Under the pieces are notes generated by a model. It ran no database searches and was not told the DNA's origin. It was given only the letters and a program-made list of their open reading frames with translations. Both the position numbers and the translations under genes were made by a program. Shown piece by piece: positions 30,098 to 49,700 of a stretch of DNA of 64,000 bases (positions are counted from its first letter, which is position 1; each line of letters opens with the position of its first letter). The DNA lies in sequence record ON528738; one strand, given 5' to 3'. This stretch comes from Shigella phage ESh28.

Positions 30098-30098
<1 letters not shown>
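29850..30098 (-). CDS. 67: prohead core protein gp67 (acidic C-terminus)
   Basis: 82 aa with poly-Asp/Glu tail; synteny. Confidence 0.7.
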
Positions 30099-31723
<1,625 letters not shown>

Positions 31724-31755
31724 TTAAGCAGGATGGGGATTTCTCCCCATTCATT

Positions 31756-32247
31756 TTATTCCCAATAATCGAGAGCGAGAGTTACTTCAAAGGTTTGGAT
31801 TTCATTGTTTGAATCCCAATCTAATTGAAGTTCACCCACGTTAGTAGGCCACAGGCCTTTAATTTCAACTTCTTTTGTTACAGTTTTAGCGTCACGAGCA
31901 TATTGGCGAACAACAGCGCTCTTTTTATACTCTGCTGGTTTTCCACCAGTAATTTCGTTCCCTTGCCCAGCAGCAATGCTTTGCCAATCAACAAACTTCT
32001 GACGAGCATCATGTGCCTCATCGTTCATTACTGTAACAGTCCAGTCATCGAATGTACGATCGCCTGCTACGTTAATTTTACGGTTCATAAAACCGACTGG
32101 AATTTTTTCTACAATACCAGCTGGTAAAGCAGTGGCTTTACATTGAAACGTAAAATTTTGTCCAAGATAAGAAATTTCTACTTGGAATAAGTTAGGTCGA
32201 GCAAAATCACCAGATTCAAACGCTCGTGTTACATCATCTACAAACAT
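31756..32247 (-). CDS. 19: tail tube protein gp19
   Basis: 163 aa equals T4 gp19. Confidence 0.9.
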   Translation of the reverse strand: MFVDDVTRAFESGDFARPNLFQVEISYLGQNFTFQCKATALPAGIVEKIPVGFMNRKINVAGDRTFDDWTVTVMNDEAHDARQKFVDWQSIAAGQGNEITGGKPAEYKKSAVVRQYARDAKTVTKEVEIKGLWPTNVGELQLDWDSNNEIQTFEVTLALDYWE

Positions 32248-32261
32248 ATTAGCCTCTGTAG

Positions 32262-32269
32262 TATTTATA
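32262..32269 (-). promoter_or_regulatory. late promoter TATAAATA for gene 19 (proximal)
   Basis: TATTTATA on plus strand 15 nt upstream of gene 19 ATG. Confidence 0.65.
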
Positions 32270-32320
32270 TCCCTATGTTTAACCTAGGGCATATAGAATT
32301 AAAGAATTAAGGATATAGTG

Positions 32321-32328
32321 TATTTATA
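32321..32328 (-). promoter_or_regulatory. late promoter TATAAATA (distal), follows hairpin 32330-32347
   Basis: TATTTATA on plus strand; adjacent GGCCTG-CCGAAA-CAGGCC hairpin. Confidence 0.55.
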
Positions 32329-32363
32329 TGGCCTGCCGAAACAGGCCTTTAGAATGCACCGTA

Positions 32364-34343
32364 TTAACCTGCAAGACCAGTTAACTCATCGAAATCTGCA
32401 CCAGTAGCAGTTGCTACGAAGTTCAAGGTAATGTAGTTAATGCTTCTAGCCGGTTGAATGTAGAATGTTGCAACAAACTCATTTCTATCAATTACTGACG
32501 GAGTGTTATTTGTTGTATCGCAAACTACACGATATTCATAAATTCCACCGAGAGCTTTAATTCCCTGTAAGTATTGGGCAGTTTCTGTGCGGAATGATGA
32601 ACGAGTAAACGCGTTGTTTAATTCGAACAAACGATATTTTGAACTACGTCCGATATTCGTTTTCAACATATTAAACAGACGACGAACGTTAATACGATCA
32701 AATGGAGAAGGAACAGAAGTAGCTGTTTTATCACCATACAATACGTAACCATCACCACCTGTACCAGTTACTGGGTTGATAGCTTCTTGATATAAACGGT
32801 CGCGCTGAGCTTGGCGAGTTTCAATAGCAAGTTTAATAACGTTAAGAATCTGACCACGATTATAACCAGCTGGAGACATCCAAGTCTGAGAAACGTTATC
32901 AGTTCTCGCGCATAAACCAGCAATGTCAGCTGCTAATGGAACCCAACGATTTACATCATTATATTTGTCATACTGATACTTGTAGTTACCATCAATTGCT
33001 GCATAGGTTGAACTGATATTAAAGTTATTATCAGTGTATGAACCTGCCGCAGTTCTCCAGTTAACTAAATTATCTACTGCACGAGTTACAGGAATTCCAA
33101 CAACAGTTTCACGCGGTGGTGAGCACAATACTAAGCAATCTTGGCGAGCATCTCCAATTGAAACGACGTGTTTTTGGACAGTAGATGCTGTTTCTAAAGA
33201 TTCACCGGCACAAGAACCCGCAATAAACAACTGAACGTCAACAGATTCGCGGTCAGCAAAGAAGTCCCAAGCTTCCATCAAATCTCCTGCTGTTACTTCA
33301 GCATTTGATGATAATCCACCAGACAGAGTTAAAATTCCAGAGAAGCCTTCTGGCCAGTTTTGCGCAGTTGCGAAAATATATTCTGAACCACCTTTTGCGA
33401 AAAAGTCATCAATATAGATGTTACTATCGTAAATATCTTTTTCACCTCGCTTTGTCGAAAGAACAACGCTTTGAACAATAGCATCATTGCGACGAACTAT
33501 AATAGCGTATTGTGAATCAGTTTGTGGTCCATATCCAAACACTGCTTTGGCAGTAGATGCACGAGTACCACCACCTGGATAAATTGGGAGTAATGCAGAA
33601 GCTCCTTTTGCATAGTCAGCTTTAGATACGATTTCAATTTCAATTTTATCGCCCAACTCGCCTGGATAAAGCGCTACTACTCCTGGAATTCCGTATTTTT
33701 CGAGATTTGCTTGAAAGTCAACCGCTGTCATAGCAGCTTCAGCATTTTCAATTTCAGCTAATAAAATACCAGAATCAGTAATAATTTTTCCAAGAGTTAT
33801 TACTGCAGCTAAACCAGAGGAAGACGAAGAAATTTCGGCAGTCCAGTTAGAACCTAGTGCTGGATATTCACCGACTTCTTTCGCTTTAGCGATAATTTTT
33901 GCAGTAGGAATATTAATTTTCTTAATTTTTCCATCTGCGTCTACTTCGGTAATTTTACCTTCAGTTTCAATATCATCTGAAACATACTTAACCGTGATTT
34001 TATCTCCAACCGCGTAGTTACTACCTGGGGTAGAAATAGTGTATTCAATATTACCGGCAATCGGAGATGAGTTTTTAGCGGTATCTCTATCAACAGCACG
34101 AACTACTCGTAAGTCATTTCCGTACTGCAAGAAATTCATCGCAGACATAAAATAGTCAGCAGTTTCAGCGGTTGGTTGACCAAAAGTATTAACTAAATCT
34201 ACTTCATTTGTAACCTGTTTAATCTGAAAAGCAGGACCCCACTGGAATTTACCGGCCAAAGCTGCTGTACCAGTAGAGTTATTAACCACGGTGCTTTGAA
34301 CCGTAGTTTCTTTGAGCTCAATGCCCGGAGATAATAAAGTCAT
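32364..34343 (-). CDS. 18: tail sheath protein gp18
   Basis: 659 aa equals T4 gp18. Confidence 0.95.
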   Translation of the reverse strand: MTLLSPGIELKETTVQSTVVNNSTGTAALAGKFQWGPAFQIKQVTNEVDLVNTFGQPTAETADYFMSAMNFLQYGNDLRVVRAVDRDTAKNSSPIAGNIEYTISTPGSNYAVGDKITVKYVSDDIETEGKITEVDADGKIKKINIPTAKIIAKAKEVGEYPALGSNWTAEISSSSSGLAAVITLGKIITDSGILLAEIENAEAAMTAVDFQANLEKYGIPGVVALYPGELGDKIEIEIVSKADYAKGASALLPIYPGGGTRASTAKAVFGYGPQTDSQYAIIVRRNDAIVQSVVLSTKRGEKDIYDSNIYIDDFFAKGGSEYIFATAQNWPEGFSGILTLSGGLSSNAEVTAGDLMEAWDFFADRESVDVQLFIAGSCAGESLETASTVQKHVVSIGDARQDCLVLCSPPRETVVGIPVTRAVDNLVNWRTAAGSYTDNNFNISSTYAAIDGNYKYQYDKYNDVNRWVPLAADIAGLCARTDNVSQTWMSPAGYNRGQILNVIKLAIETRQAQRDRLYQEAINPVTGTGGDGYVLYGDKTATSVPSPFDRINVRRLFNMLKTNIGRSSKYRLFELNNAFTRSSFRTETAQYLQGIKALGGIYEYRVVCDTTNNTPSVIDRNEFVATFYIQPARSINYITLNFVATATGADFDELTGLAG

Positions 34344-34371
34344 TTTTAATCCTCTTTAATATGCTTTAATA

Positions 34372-37512
<3,141 letters not shown>

Positions 37513-37553
37513 GATTTCTCCTAATCTGGGCTTTAATTAGTTTATAATATTTA

Positions 37554-39255
<1,702 letters not shown>

Positions 39256-39287
39256 TTAAAATCCTTTGGGGCCTTGCGGCCCCCATG

Positions 39288-40745
39288 TTATGCTGGTGAT
39301 AAAAAGGTAGAAAGTAGTACCCATTCGCCGTCTTTACGAACGTAAGCTTGGCCATCTTTTGGAGCTTCAGGAATATAACCTGCTTCTTGTAGAGCTTGAA
39401 CGCTGCTCTGTAAAGAGGATATATTGTCTTTAGCTGTATTTACTTCATGTGTGACTGCCGCAATGTTGGTTTCATTCGTTTTTACAGAATTAGTTAATCC
39501 TCGTTCTTCAACAGTTGATCCGTCAGGATTATTTCCATTTATAAGTGAAGTAAGTTCAATAACTTGACCTTTAATTCCTGTTCTATTATTTCCTATTTCA
39601 ACTTGTATATTTTGAACATTATTGTTTAAAACTGAAACTTCTCCTTCAAGCACTGAAACTTTATTTAATAGAGATCCAGAAGGAGACGGTTGTCCTCCGC
39701 TGGAGTCAGTTCCAACAATTTGATTTAACCACGAAACATTCGCTCTTAAACCAGACGAAGTGTTTTCACCAACAATTCCGTTTAAAGACTCAATAGAAGT
39801 TGTGTGATTTTTAATTTTTCCTTTAATGCTAGAAGGAATATCATCTGAACCTATAGAAGTTTCAATAGCCGTTAAGCGTTGTTTAACACCTTCACTCTGA
39901 TTTAATTCATTATTAATAGCTTCAATGCTACTTTTGTTATTATTAATTTCTGTTATTATAGAAACATTTTCTGGGTATCCAATAGAAGATTTAATTTCTG
40001 CTATATCAGAATTTATTAAAGTTTGTTTATCATCTATAGTGTTTAATCTATTATAAATATTTGGTCCAAAATCTACCGGTTTATTACCAAGTTCATCACG
40101 TAATTTACCAACTTCAACAGTTAATGATCCTACGTCAGATTCAGTAAATTTATTTTCTAATTCGCTTAAACGAATGCCCTGTGAAGATAATAATGTACTA
40201 TTTGTTATTATTCTGTGTTTCATTCCTGTGCTAGCATTACCAACAACAGGAAGACCGTTAATGTCTTGGCCAGAATATTGTCCTAATTCCTGTTTAATCC
40301 ACAATAAATCATTTCTAATTGTTCTATAAACAGAGTTTTCTTCATCATTAAATGGACCTATATCAGCAATAATTTTGTCAACTGTATTATTAGTTCCAGT
40401 TAATATATCAGTGTGTTCACTGGTAAGTGTCTTTAAATTCGATATGTCATTTTTATTAACACTGATCTGCGATAGTGCTTCTATATCTCCTGATACATCT
40501 AAAACTCCTTGAATTGTTTTAATATCTTTCTGTGATGTTTCAATGGCAGTTTTAAGAATTCCCACATTTTCATCAAGAACTTCGACGTTTTTAAACACGG
40601 AAACAATTGGTCTATTCATTGATCCATCATTTCCATACTTAGTACTAGCTCCTAATATTTCTTCACCATTTTTAATCCATGAAATACGTTCCTGACCTTC
40701 GTCAGGAGCGCTATCAACAAAAGGTAACTCTTTTAATTCAATCAT
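39288..40745 (-). CDS. wac: fibritin (whisker antigen control)
   Basis: 485 aa; coiled-coil heptad composition; C-terminal foldon-like [27 protein letters not shown]. Confidence 0.9.
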   Translation of the reverse strand: MIELKELPFVDSAPDEGQERISWIKNGEEILGASTKYGNDGSMNRPIVSVFKNVEVLDENVGILKTAIETSQKDIKTIQGVLDVSGDIEALSQISVNKNDISNLKTLTSEHTDILTGTNNTVDKIIADIGPFNDEENSVYRTIRNDLLWIKQELGQYSGQDINGLPVVGNASTGMKHRIITNSTLLSSQGIRLSELENKFTESDVGSLTVEVGKLRDELGNKPVDFGPNIYNRLNTIDDKQTLINSDIAEIKSSIGYPENVSIITEINNNKSSIEAINNELNQSEGVKQRLTAIETSIGSDDIPSSIKGKIKNHTTSIESLNGIVGENTSSGLRANVSWLNQIVGTDSSGGQPSPSGSLLNKVSVLEGEVSVLNNNVQNIQVEIGNNRTGIKGQVIELTSLINGNNPDGSTVEERGLTNSVKTNETNIAAVTHEVNTAKDNISSLQSSVQALQEAGYIPEAPKDGQAYVRKDGEWVLLSTFLSPA

Positions 40746-40754
40746 TTGTAATCC

Positions 40755-42305
40755 TTAGTAATGAATTTTAATAATATAGTTTAATGATATATTCCATGGT
40801 CTAGTTTCATAACCAATTAATCCTTCACGATTAAGTGTACCATGAGCATCTCTCGGTCCACCTAATTCAAATCCATCATTAGTGAAGTATGAAGCATTAT
40901 CCCAGTCGGAATATTTTCTAGTTCCAAGATATCCTTGATAAACTGACGCGCCAAATGGGCCTTCACTTCTGTTATATTCTCCCCAACCACCGGCGTGTTT
41001 ATGGTATGACATTTGTTGTGCCTGGACACCACCAACATGCATTCCGTCACATCCTACACCAAGTCTATCCTTTCCATAACCATCTTGTCCTCGTTGATTT
41101 AAAATATGACCGCCAGTACCGGCTCCTCTGACGAAAAGACCTCGCATATCAGGAATACCAGGATTGTTCCAATCACCACCAAATCTTGATCCAACTACGT
41201 TTCTATAATCAGGAAATTGGTCACCTGACACGGTTCCACCATGACACATAATCCAACCTGGAGGTGCTGAATCACCTGCAAACATCATAATAGTCCCAAC
41301 TGGAATTCTTTCGGACGCATATCTTTCAGTGGCAACAGGTTGATCGCCATTTTTCCACATTCCGCCGCGCGACCAAATTCCGTTTGCTGTAAGATGGTCT
41401 AAATTTAAAGAACCATTAATAGTTTGTCCACCACGAGTATTAATTACATCTGCGTTCCATGCTAATGCTCCAGAACTATCACCTTCAGGGGCAATACCGG
41501 CTTGCGTCGTTAATTTAACTACTCCGCGCATAGAACCAGTAGCTCCTCGACCATTTAGTGTTTCACCTGTTACTGCAACATCTCCCAAATTACTGTTAAT
41601 TTCCGATTGTGTTCCTAAACGTATAACACCCTTATATTCTTGTGTTGCAACAGAATTCATAAAGGTATACGGGGAAATTGCATATCCTTCGCGGAGAGTT
41701 CCTTGACGAGTTTGCGCAACAGTAGATAATTGAACTACACCTCTCACAGATTCTGATGCAGTATCTTCGGAAGGAGCTATTTGTGAAATTAATTTTATTG
41801 CAAGTTTTTGCGTTTTTAATGGAGTCATTGCCGTAGTATCATCTACTCCAGCTAAAGCTGCAGGTGTAGATGATATTTTAATAACCCCATTTGATGACTC
41901 AGACGAATATCTATTTTGGAACACATCGTCAGTATGGTATTTCAGTTTTTGCGGCGTTATTGATGAATTATTATCTGAGCCTTCTAATGTTTCTTCATTT
42001 GTTGAATAGCGCGTTAAACCATACTTAGTTTCAGTAGCATTTGGATACAATAATCTTGTTGCTAATGTAGCTGGTGTAACGATTTTAGAATTATTAGTTC
42101 CATCTAAAACCTCTTGCTCTGACGCAATCATTGCTATTCCTTTAACTTCCATAGTTGCATCAGGAATACCATTTACGCCGATATTACTTATTTTTGATAA
42201 TGCAGACTGCACTGTCGTGACAGTGTCAGGAAAATTCGATCCAGTAGGATCGAATTTAACATATTTTGATTCATTTGATACGTGCTGATATGTATTGTTA
42301 CTCAT
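40755..42305 (-). CDS. 12: short tail fibre gp12
   Basis: 516 aa; synteny wac-12-11. Confidence 0.85.
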   Translation of the reverse strand: MSNNTYQHVSNESKYVKFDPTGSNFPDTVTTVQSALSKISNIGVNGIPDATMEVKGIAMIASEQEVLDGTNNSKIVTPATLATRLLYPNATETKYGLTRYSTNEETLEGSDNNSSITPQKLKYHTDDVFQNRYSSESSNGVIKISSTPAALAGVDDTTAMTPLKTQKLAIKLISQIAPSEDTASESVRGVVQLSTVAQTRQGTLREGYAISPYTFMNSVATQEYKGVIRLGTQSEINSNLGDVAVTGETLNGRGATGSMRGVVKLTTQAGIAPEGDSSGALAWNADVINTRGGQTINGSLNLDHLTANGIWSRGGMWKNGDQPVATERYASERIPVGTIMMFAGDSAPPGWIMCHGGTVSGDQFPDYRNVVGSRFGGDWNNPGIPDMRGLFVRGAGTGGHILNQRGQDGYGKDRLGVGCDGMHVGGVQAQQMSYHKHAGGWGEYNRSEGPFGASVYQGYLGTRKYSDWDNASYFTNDGFELGGPRDAHGTLNREGLIGYETRPWNISLNYIIKIHY

Positions 42306-42961
42306 GCTATTCTCTCAAAATAATAAAATACCGTAGGTTGTGTGTGACTATCTAGCGTGACAGTTTGCGCACCTAATAATTGCCAAGTTCCGTATCCAGG
42401 TTTAGAAGGAGAAATTATTTCTTGTTTGAAAGTAATTCCTTTATCAGAGTATTGTTCTAAGATATGTTCTTGGTTATCTAAATACTTAACTTGTATTTTA
42501 TTTCCTATGGTAGGATGGTCTTCAAATGAATCAATTGCAATAAATTTTGCAACCATTTCCTGTAGAGCTGTTCTAACGGCACTGGTAAATTCGATTGAAG
42601 TCATTCCATTAGTAGCTTTAACTGGAATACCAAACATGTTAACAATAACTGGATCACCTGGTTTGGCTGAAGTATCAGTAACGGTTCCTTCAAATGACCA
42701 ATAGTCTGTTTGTTGCACGCCAGTAGGAGATACGCCGCTTATATTAACTAATACAGCTCCAACCTGTTGCTCTGCCATATTTCTAACATCATTGATAGCA
42801 GATTCTACATTCGGGTCATAAAAGCCTTTTGCTATTTGTGAAATTGTTACAGCGCCTACTGGCTGATTATTCATAACCGAAATATCATTTTTCTTAGTTC
42901 TAAAACCAAGAAAATCTGCTAAGCGGGAAATAACTCCCGCTTTATTATTAAGTAAACTCAT
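42302..42961 (-). CDS. 11: baseplate wedge / short-fibre attachment gp11
   Basis: track ORF starts at TTG 42979; ATG at 42961 (TAATG coupling with gene 10) gives 219 aa, the T4 gp11 length. Confidence 0.85.
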   Translation of the reverse strand: MSLLNNKAGVISRLADFLGFRTKKNDISVMNNQPVGAVTISQIAKGFYDPNVESAINDVRNMAEQQVGAVLVNISGVSPTGVQQTDYWSFEGTVTDTSAKPGDPVIVNMFGIPVKATNGMTSIEFTSAVRTALQEMVAKFIAIDSFEDHPTIGNKIQVKYLDNQEHILEQYSDKGITFKQEIISPSKPGYGTWQLLGAQTVTLDSHTQPTVFYYFERIA

Positions 42962-44766
42962 TATGCAATCCTTATCCAACGGTATACAGTAATAGACGGT
43001 TGAATATTACTAATATTAGCAGGAGGAGTATGTGAAGAGTTTGTTGTTGCGTAGTCTTCACGATATTTTGTATATATAGGACCAGTTTCGTCTGGGTCAT
43101 ATTGACAACCTCCAATAATAACTGATCCGTTTTCATCTTCAATTAAAACTTTTTCATCAGTTTTAGTCGCAGGAAGATTTGCGTTCTCAAGTGCCACCGA
43201 TGTTGTTCCAACTGTTCCACCGGCAGTATGTGAAGGATTTCCGCTAGAATCTAAATCATTATTGTTTAAAGCAAAGTTTGGATCCGTAACATCATCATTC
43301 CATCCTACTAAAACTTGTCCTTTACCAAATAATTTCCATGAACCAAATCCCATATAAGTCACCGGATTATTTGGATTTATAGCATTTTCATAAATTGAAC
43401 CTACAGGATAAATGCTATCGAAAATAGATGATATTGAATTATACGTTCTAGTATAAGAATCAACTTTTTCAACATTTGGCCAACCGATTTTATCAAAATC
43501 TGTTAAGGCTACATCACCAGTAACTTCGGTAGATGATCCTTTGCTAACATAACGGTCATCTGTTAATTCAATAATGTCATCTTTTTCTAAAAGAGTTCCT
43601 AAATCATTATTGAACCACGTTATAACGATTATATCGCCTGATTCAAATTTTCTATCAAATAAAAGACTGATCGGTTTTCCATCTTCATATTCTATAGAAT
43701 AATCTGTGTTTGATTCTTTCCATTCGCCACCAAGAGATATACATCCTTCTTGCGTATCTGAATTAGCGCCTTCGCACAAAAACAGAGGATACCCAGCTGT
43801 TCCAGCCTGTTGCTGTAAAATTCCATTAAAACGAACCTCAAGAGAATTAGGATTAATGGGTTCGCCAGGAATTAATCCAAAAGCTGAAAATGGAATTGAT
43901 TTCATCGCCGATAAATCAGTAACATAAATGCTTCCTTCTAAAGAAGTCTTTGATGTTAGTTTTGAATCTAGCACTTTTATTTGGCGTCTTGTATATGAAC
44001 TTCTCCATTGTGATACACCATCCATAAACGTTTCAATTTGAACAGTGTCACCAACATTACAAGGCTGTCTTAATCTAATATTAAATCCATCAAGAGGAAT
44101 CAATTCTCCTTCATTTTCCCCAGGAGAGCCAAAGTCACTGTTTTCGCTAAATACATCACCGTAATACAATTCGTTACCACGATGTTTTACTCTGATGTTG
44201 TTGACATTATAACTAGTTCCATTAAAAACATCTAAAAAGTCTGTTTGTCCTTGAACTTCGACTAAAAATTCTTTACGAGCTACATTGCTAATGTCTGAAC
44301 TAATAATTTTGTCAATTTGTTTATTTTTGACATATTCCCAACGACCCGGAGCGCAATAAACTAGCTCTAAATCACTAAATTGAACGTTAATTTCAACCGA
44401 TGACGATGATCCTTTGATAGTATCACCAGAAGCGGCTACTAAAGTAACTGGATTAACATTCCATGTTGCAAATACATCCCTAGCTCTAATTACTTTATTA
44501 TAATCATTAACAGTTCCTTTAGGAAGTTGCAGTGTTACTCTTCCAGACGAAGTATTAATAGCGTATGATTTTCCCCATTCAGCTTTTAACGTTTGCCCAG
44601 ATGAAGCATTATAAGTTTTCCAGGCACCGGCTGAATATGGAACATTACCATCACCGAGTTCATAATAAAGCTCATCAAAGTTTTCATTTATTTTTATACC
44701 ACCTTTACGCAGGTAGTCACCGGTACCATCATCTACAACATTACCGATATTAATATTTTGTTTCAT
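42961..44766 (-). CDS. 10: baseplate wedge gp10
   Basis: 601 aa versus 602 in T4. Confidence 0.85.
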   Translation of the reverse strand: MKQNINIGNVVDDGTGDYLRKGGIKINENFDELYYELGDGNVPYSAGAWKTYNASSGQTLKAEWGKSYAINTSSGRVTLQLPKGTVNDYNKVIRARDVFATWNVNPVTLVAASGDTIKGSSSSVEINVQFSDLELVYCAPGRWEYVKNKQIDKIISSDISNVARKEFLVEVQGQTDFLDVFNGTSYNVNNIRVKHRGNELYYGDVFSENSDFGSPGENEGELIPLDGFNIRLRQPCNVGDTVQIETFMDGVSQWRSSYTRRQIKVLDSKLTSKTSLEGSIYVTDLSAMKSIPFSAFGLIPGEPINPNSLEVRFNGILQQQAGTAGYPLFLCEGANSDTQEGCISLGGEWKESNTDYSIEYEDGKPISLLFDRKFESGDIIVITWFNNDLGTLLEKDDIIELTDDRYVSKGSSTEVTGDVALTDFDKIGWPNVEKVDSYTRTYNSISSIFDSIYPVGSIYENAINPNNPVTYMGFGSWKLFGKGQVLVGWNDDVTDPNFALNNNDLDSSGNPSHTAGGTVGTTSVALENANLPATKTDEKVLIEDENGSVIIGGCQYDPDETGPIYTKYREDYATTNSSHTPPANISNIQPSITVYRWIRIA

Positions 44767-45632
44767 TATTGAGCCACCCCGATTTTCTGCGTAGCGATAA
44801 CTTTAACTGCTGCTCTCATACCGACAGTTGAAGAACTTATAGTCGCCGTTACATAATTTTCTTTAATACTAAATGCAATATTAGCGATTTCGTCTTCTTC
44901 GGTTTCATTCCCAACTCGCATGACAGCATATTCAGAAGAAATGACCTCTGAATTAACAGTATCCACAAGAATATTTATTTCTGCTGTTTTAATTTTTCTT
45001 CCATCTATCGATTGGCACGTAACTAACAATTTAGCCATATTGTATTCAGTACGATGAAATAGTGGAATATCAACTGATCCAGATGTAGAAATATTCCATG
45101 TACCTTCAGCTGGTGATTCCTTTTGTCCAAACATGCTTTCAATAGAATAATTCCAAACCGATGTAGAATTATCAGATGAAATACAGCGTAAAGTAACTTT
45201 ACTATATGGGCTAGTTACTACTAAATTACCTGAAACACCTTTAATTGAATCAATAGCTTGAATTGTCAAAGGATTAGTAACTGATATTGATCCATTAGAG
45301 TTAATGAATTCAACACAATCGCCGAGTTCGCCTCTTTCAATAATAACTTTAACACCTACAGTAGAGGTATCAATATCATGTCTAGTGCCAACTTTCACTG
45401 GAGTTGCGTACTCTGTAATAGAGTGTTTTTGATAATACCCAGTAGCATGGATAATTTGACCATCTGCTCCGGTGCCATTTGCTACTGCCATTTTACGTTG
45501 ATCGCCAAACGCATTATAAATTGCGTTAAAATCACTATTAATTTTATTACCACCGTCGAATAAGATATCACCAGTAGAAGCGTTACCAATTTCGCCGGTA
45601 TCAATCAATTTCTTTGGTTCTTGAATGAACAT
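44766..45632 (-). CDS. 9: baseplate wedge / long tail fibre socket gp9
   Basis: 288 aa equals T4 gp9. Confidence 0.85.
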   Translation of the reverse strand: MFIQEPKKLIDTGEIGNASTGDILFDGGNKINSDFNAIYNAFGDQRKMAVANGTGADGQIIHATGYYQKHSITEYATPVKVGTRHDIDTSTVGVKVIIERGELGDCVEFINSNGSISVTNPLTIQAIDSIKGVSGNLVVTSPYSKVTLRCISSDNSTSVWNYSIESMFGQKESPAEGTWNISTSGSVDIPLFHRTEYNMAKLLVTCQSIDGRKIKTAEINILVDTVNSEVISSEYAVMRVGNETEEDEIANIAFSIKENYVTATISSSTVGMRAAVKVIATQKIGVAQ

Positions 45633-45656
45633 AGCGGTTTCCTTATGAGTTTATAG

Positions 45657-45664
45657 TATTTATA
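45657..45664 (-). promoter_or_regulatory. late promoter TATAAATA for gene 9
   Basis: TATTTATA on plus strand upstream of gene 9. Confidence 0.7.
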
Positions 45665-45692
45665 AAGAAAAAGGGAGCCCATGGGCTCCCTT
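45665..45692 (-). terminator. terminator after gene 8 (GGGAGCC-CATG-GGCTCCC + T-run on minus strand)
   Basis: 7-bp GC stem, minus-strand tail CTTTTTCTTT. Confidence 0.75.
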
Positions 45693-45695
45693 AAT

Positions 45696-46700
45696 TTAAA
45701 ATGTAAACAGAATATTGATTTCTTCTGTTTGATCCATTGCCATGATAATAGGTGGCCTATTTTCCATATAAATCATTTCGCCCGAATGCCTCATTAAATC
45801 TTCCGGATCATAATAATCCTTTTCAGCTTTAACGTTTGGGTCATTTGGATGAACTTTAGCTTCAAGAGGATTGGTGATTATTGATATTTGTCTAAATCCT
45901 TTATTTCCCGGTAATGCAGCATCAGGAAAATAAACTGAATCTAAATATGCTTTAAAACGGATAGTATTTGCCTTAACACGGTAAATTAATCCAAAATCAT
46001 CTTGTTGCCAAGTGAGATTATCTTCATACCCCCATCTAGTTGGGTCTTCTTTTAATTCCTCAGGCCAAGGAACTACGATATATTCATTTGTGCATCTATT
46101 TATAGATACATCAGGCGGAATCTCAAAAAGATATTCCCAAACATATCCGTCTCCAGGTTCGATTGTTCCTTCCGCGTCTCCTCGACCTTCAGGAGGAGTC
46201 ATTGACCTAACAGAAGGAGTCCATTTTCCACCTAACTTAATACATTCATCCTTGTCAGTCAAAGATGTTATTGAGCATGTTCCTGTGTCAGGAACATCTA
46301 AACAACGATATACTAGCCATCCTGCGCCTGATTCAGTAGCATTGTAAGGAGCTGAGTTACATACTACAATATCGTTAATTCTAAATGTGTATGGATCCGG
46401 ATATCTAGTATCTCCCCAATCTCTACGAGGAATAACCGCATCAAGCATTGATGGAAGAACTTTTACTGTTCCCATCATATGCGTCCACATGTCAGTTACG
46501 CCTAATACAGAATCGGTTGGATAAGGTGGAGCAAAGCCCACCTCATTTTCATTTGATGACCACGGTTCTGATCTTCCAAATGTGATAAAGATAGTGTTTT
46601 TATCCGGACCACTCCCAATTGAATTATAAAAATTCAACATTTTTTCTGTTCTAAATTTTGAAGTAACTATCGCACGATAGATAACACTTGAATCATTCAT
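45696..46700 (-). CDS. 8: baseplate wedge gp8
   Basis: 334 aa equals T4 gp8. Confidence 0.85.
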   Translation of the reverse strand: MNDSSVIYRAIVTSKFRTEKMLNFYNSIGSGPDKNTIFITFGRSEPWSSNENEVGFAPPYPTDSVLGVTDMWTHMMGTVKVLPSMLDAVIPRRDWGDTRYPDPYTFRINDIVVCNSAPYNATESGAGWLVYRCLDVPDTGTCSITSLTDKDECIKLGGKWTPSVRSMTPPEGRGDAEGTIEPGDGYVWEYLFEIPPDVSINRCTNEYIVVPWPEELKEDPTRWGYEDNLTWQQDDFGLIYRVKANTIRFKAYLDSVYFPDAALPGNKGFRQISIITNPLEAKVHPNDPNVKAEKDYYDPEDLMRHSGEMIYMENRPPIIMAMDQTEEINILFTF

Positions 46701-49700
46701 CTATTTTAACCTGTGTTGGATTTTCAGGGTCTCTTGGATTTCCTATATTATCTTTTAGACGTTTATTAACTAAATCCCTAAACTGTGCAAATGTTGTTCC
46801 AGATGCGTCAAATAGAGGACTCATTAACTTGCGTCGTTCAGAAGGCAATTGACCTTGAAATATTGAATTACTATTTTCAGCATTATAGTCATCAGGAAGA
46901 GGATATTTTACACCAGCCATTGGGCCAGGTTCATAAATTGCTTCTCCTGTTACTGAATCATGTTCAATTTCGCCAGTTGGAGTTAATTTAGCTACTCTAT
47001 CAGCATATTCAGTAGGCAATCCAGAATCCCATTTGTAGTTTTTGTATTTATTAATTATAGTCTCTGTGTGTTTAAGAGTTAAACCAACATTAATAAACAT
47101 CGTTAAAAGGGTAATTGCTATAAATCCAAATCCTACTGGATGAACAAAACGAATAACGTCAGATTTCCAGCGAGAAGAAGGTAAATTGGATTTAATTTTC
47201 ATTACATAATATGATCGGCTTCTATTAATATAGTCTATATTATTTTGAAGCAAATCCTTTCCTTTAACACCACGAATAATTTCGCCTTCAAAACTCGGAA
47301 GTCTTTCTGCTTTAACTTCTTGACCAGCAATTAATCTTCCCAAAAGATTATGAATAGTTACGGTCCATTGCAATTTACCATTAGAATAACTTCTTTCTAT
47401 ATAAGTAACATTACATCTTCCTGTAGATGTATAAATCGTTTGTCCTACCAAATCTTCAGTTAAAGAATCAGATTGAACGATTATATCGTATTCAGTACCA
47501 GCACCAGATTCAATTTCAATTTCAACTTCTTCATTATAAAGAACTTTAAAAAGAAATTTGTATGATGCTTCAATTCCTTTAGTAGAATAAAAATCATAGC
47601 TACGTGATTCAAAAAATCTTGCAACAGCATCACGTTTGTCAGCATTTAAATAAATGTTTCTTTTATATATCTCTGACCACAAATATTCCCATGCATGCTC
47701 TTCTCGTGGATATTTGTTACGAATTAAATTTCGTAAATTGTTATACTGAGTTCCATATCCATCAGAAAGATATTGAATATATGCTTCGCAAAATGCCTCA
47801 AAATTCGAATCTTGTAGTAAATAAGAATCAGGCATCATTGTGCCAATCAATGGTCTTAAATCAGGGTCAGCTAATCCGTGCTCTTCTTCTGGTGCCCAAG
47901 GAGTTTCATGCTCTTGGTTTTGTAAAAATGCTTTTAAAAATATTCCAGTTGGCTTCCAAATTATTTCAACCGTGTCTCTCACTCGATAGTTAAAATCATA
48001 ATAAGAAATTATTTCACCAGAGGATTTATAAAAAAGCATCCCAGACGCATATTTTTTAAATCCCGTGAATTTAACGTTTGGCATTACTATAGTGCAATCG
48101 CCGTCATCCCAGTATTCATGAACTAATCTATCTGGCGATGTTTCTGGAAAATTTTCAATAACTTTAGTATATTTTAAATCTGCATAAACTACCACAGCCC
48201 TATTAGAGTTGTTTATCCAGCACCGTGTATTAGACTTTTTAGACCAGTTAAAGAATGGTTCTGCATAGTATTTCATTGGCTGAGGCGTAAAAGTTTCCCA
48301 ATCAGACTTTTCATCTGCTATAAATGCCATCATATGATAATGCTTATCAGCTAACCATTCACGAGGAAATTCATATTTAACGGCACCGATTAACTGATAT
48401 TTTGCTACAGTTTCAGGGTCATTAACAACGTTATCATTTAAAAATTTAAAATTACTCGAAGATAGAGAAACTAATTTACCATCAGTTGACATATTCGCAT
48501 ACCCAGGTTGAATACGTCTTCTTTCTTCTTCAGTGTTGCCAAAAACTCTTTTCCACGTTTTTGTGTCATGATTTAAAACATATATTCCTTTATCAGTAGA
48601 ATCAATTATTTTTGACGTTCTAGGATTAGCATTTAATGTTTCAACTTCACCGATAATAAGAGCAAAAACTTTATCACCAATAGAATCCATTTTATAGCAT
48701 ACTGCTTTAGGATTTCCAGTTATAGTCATTGTATCAGGTTCAAATAGCCTTTCCGAATATGTTGGAGATAATGGATCAGAATCTATAGGTGCATTACTCG
48801 TTTTTATGTATCTAACTTTGTCTCTGGCGACAACGTAAATGTAATCATCGGTGCAAGTAATAGCTTCAGCTATACGATACACGTTTGCAGGTAATGTAGC
48901 ATAAGTACCAAAGATTTCAACATCAAATCCCAAATGAAGTTGATCACCAAGTTTAGCGAATGTTATGTCCTGCGAACTAAATCTGACATCATCAGCTGAC
49001 CATCTAACATCAGTAGATTTGCGGCCATAGAAAATCTTGTCGTATCCTAGAACATATGTTGTGCTCGCAGATTGGTAATATACAGTCTTAGATAAAGGAT
49101 ATCCTACACGGTCATTGAAGAGCTTTACAGCTTTCCAGGTTTGACCTTTATCATTGGATACTTTAACTACAGGTTGATAACGCTCAAAAAGATATAGAAT
49201 CCCTTCTGATTCCATCAAATAAACTCGATTAATATCCTTACATACTTGCTGAATAGAACCTTGTATTTCATGATACTCATTTTCACCAATAATAAAATTA
49301 CTTATTGATGAAACATCAGCATATGATGGGCTGAATTGGAATGATTCATTCATCAATGCAGCCATTATAGTGTCATTATTAAAATTGACATAATTAGAAT
49401 TGTTAAGAGTAAATTTTTCCTGAATGAATTTATTAGCTAATTGCATTTCAATCATGTTTTGAAATGTATAAGCATTTGTAGCAAAAGTTTCAAACTCTTC
49501 GGTATAAATCCAATCAGACTGCTCAAAATCTTGTGCAGCTGTAGCTACTCTAATGATGTATGATGTTAGTGGATCAGCATCATCAAAAAAGAAACTATTG
49601 TTTGCTGTATATCCTAAATTAATCCAACGATATTGATCACTCGGGAGATTTTCCCCCGAGTCTGTTTTTGTCTCAGCGATTTCTACAAAATAGTAGAAAT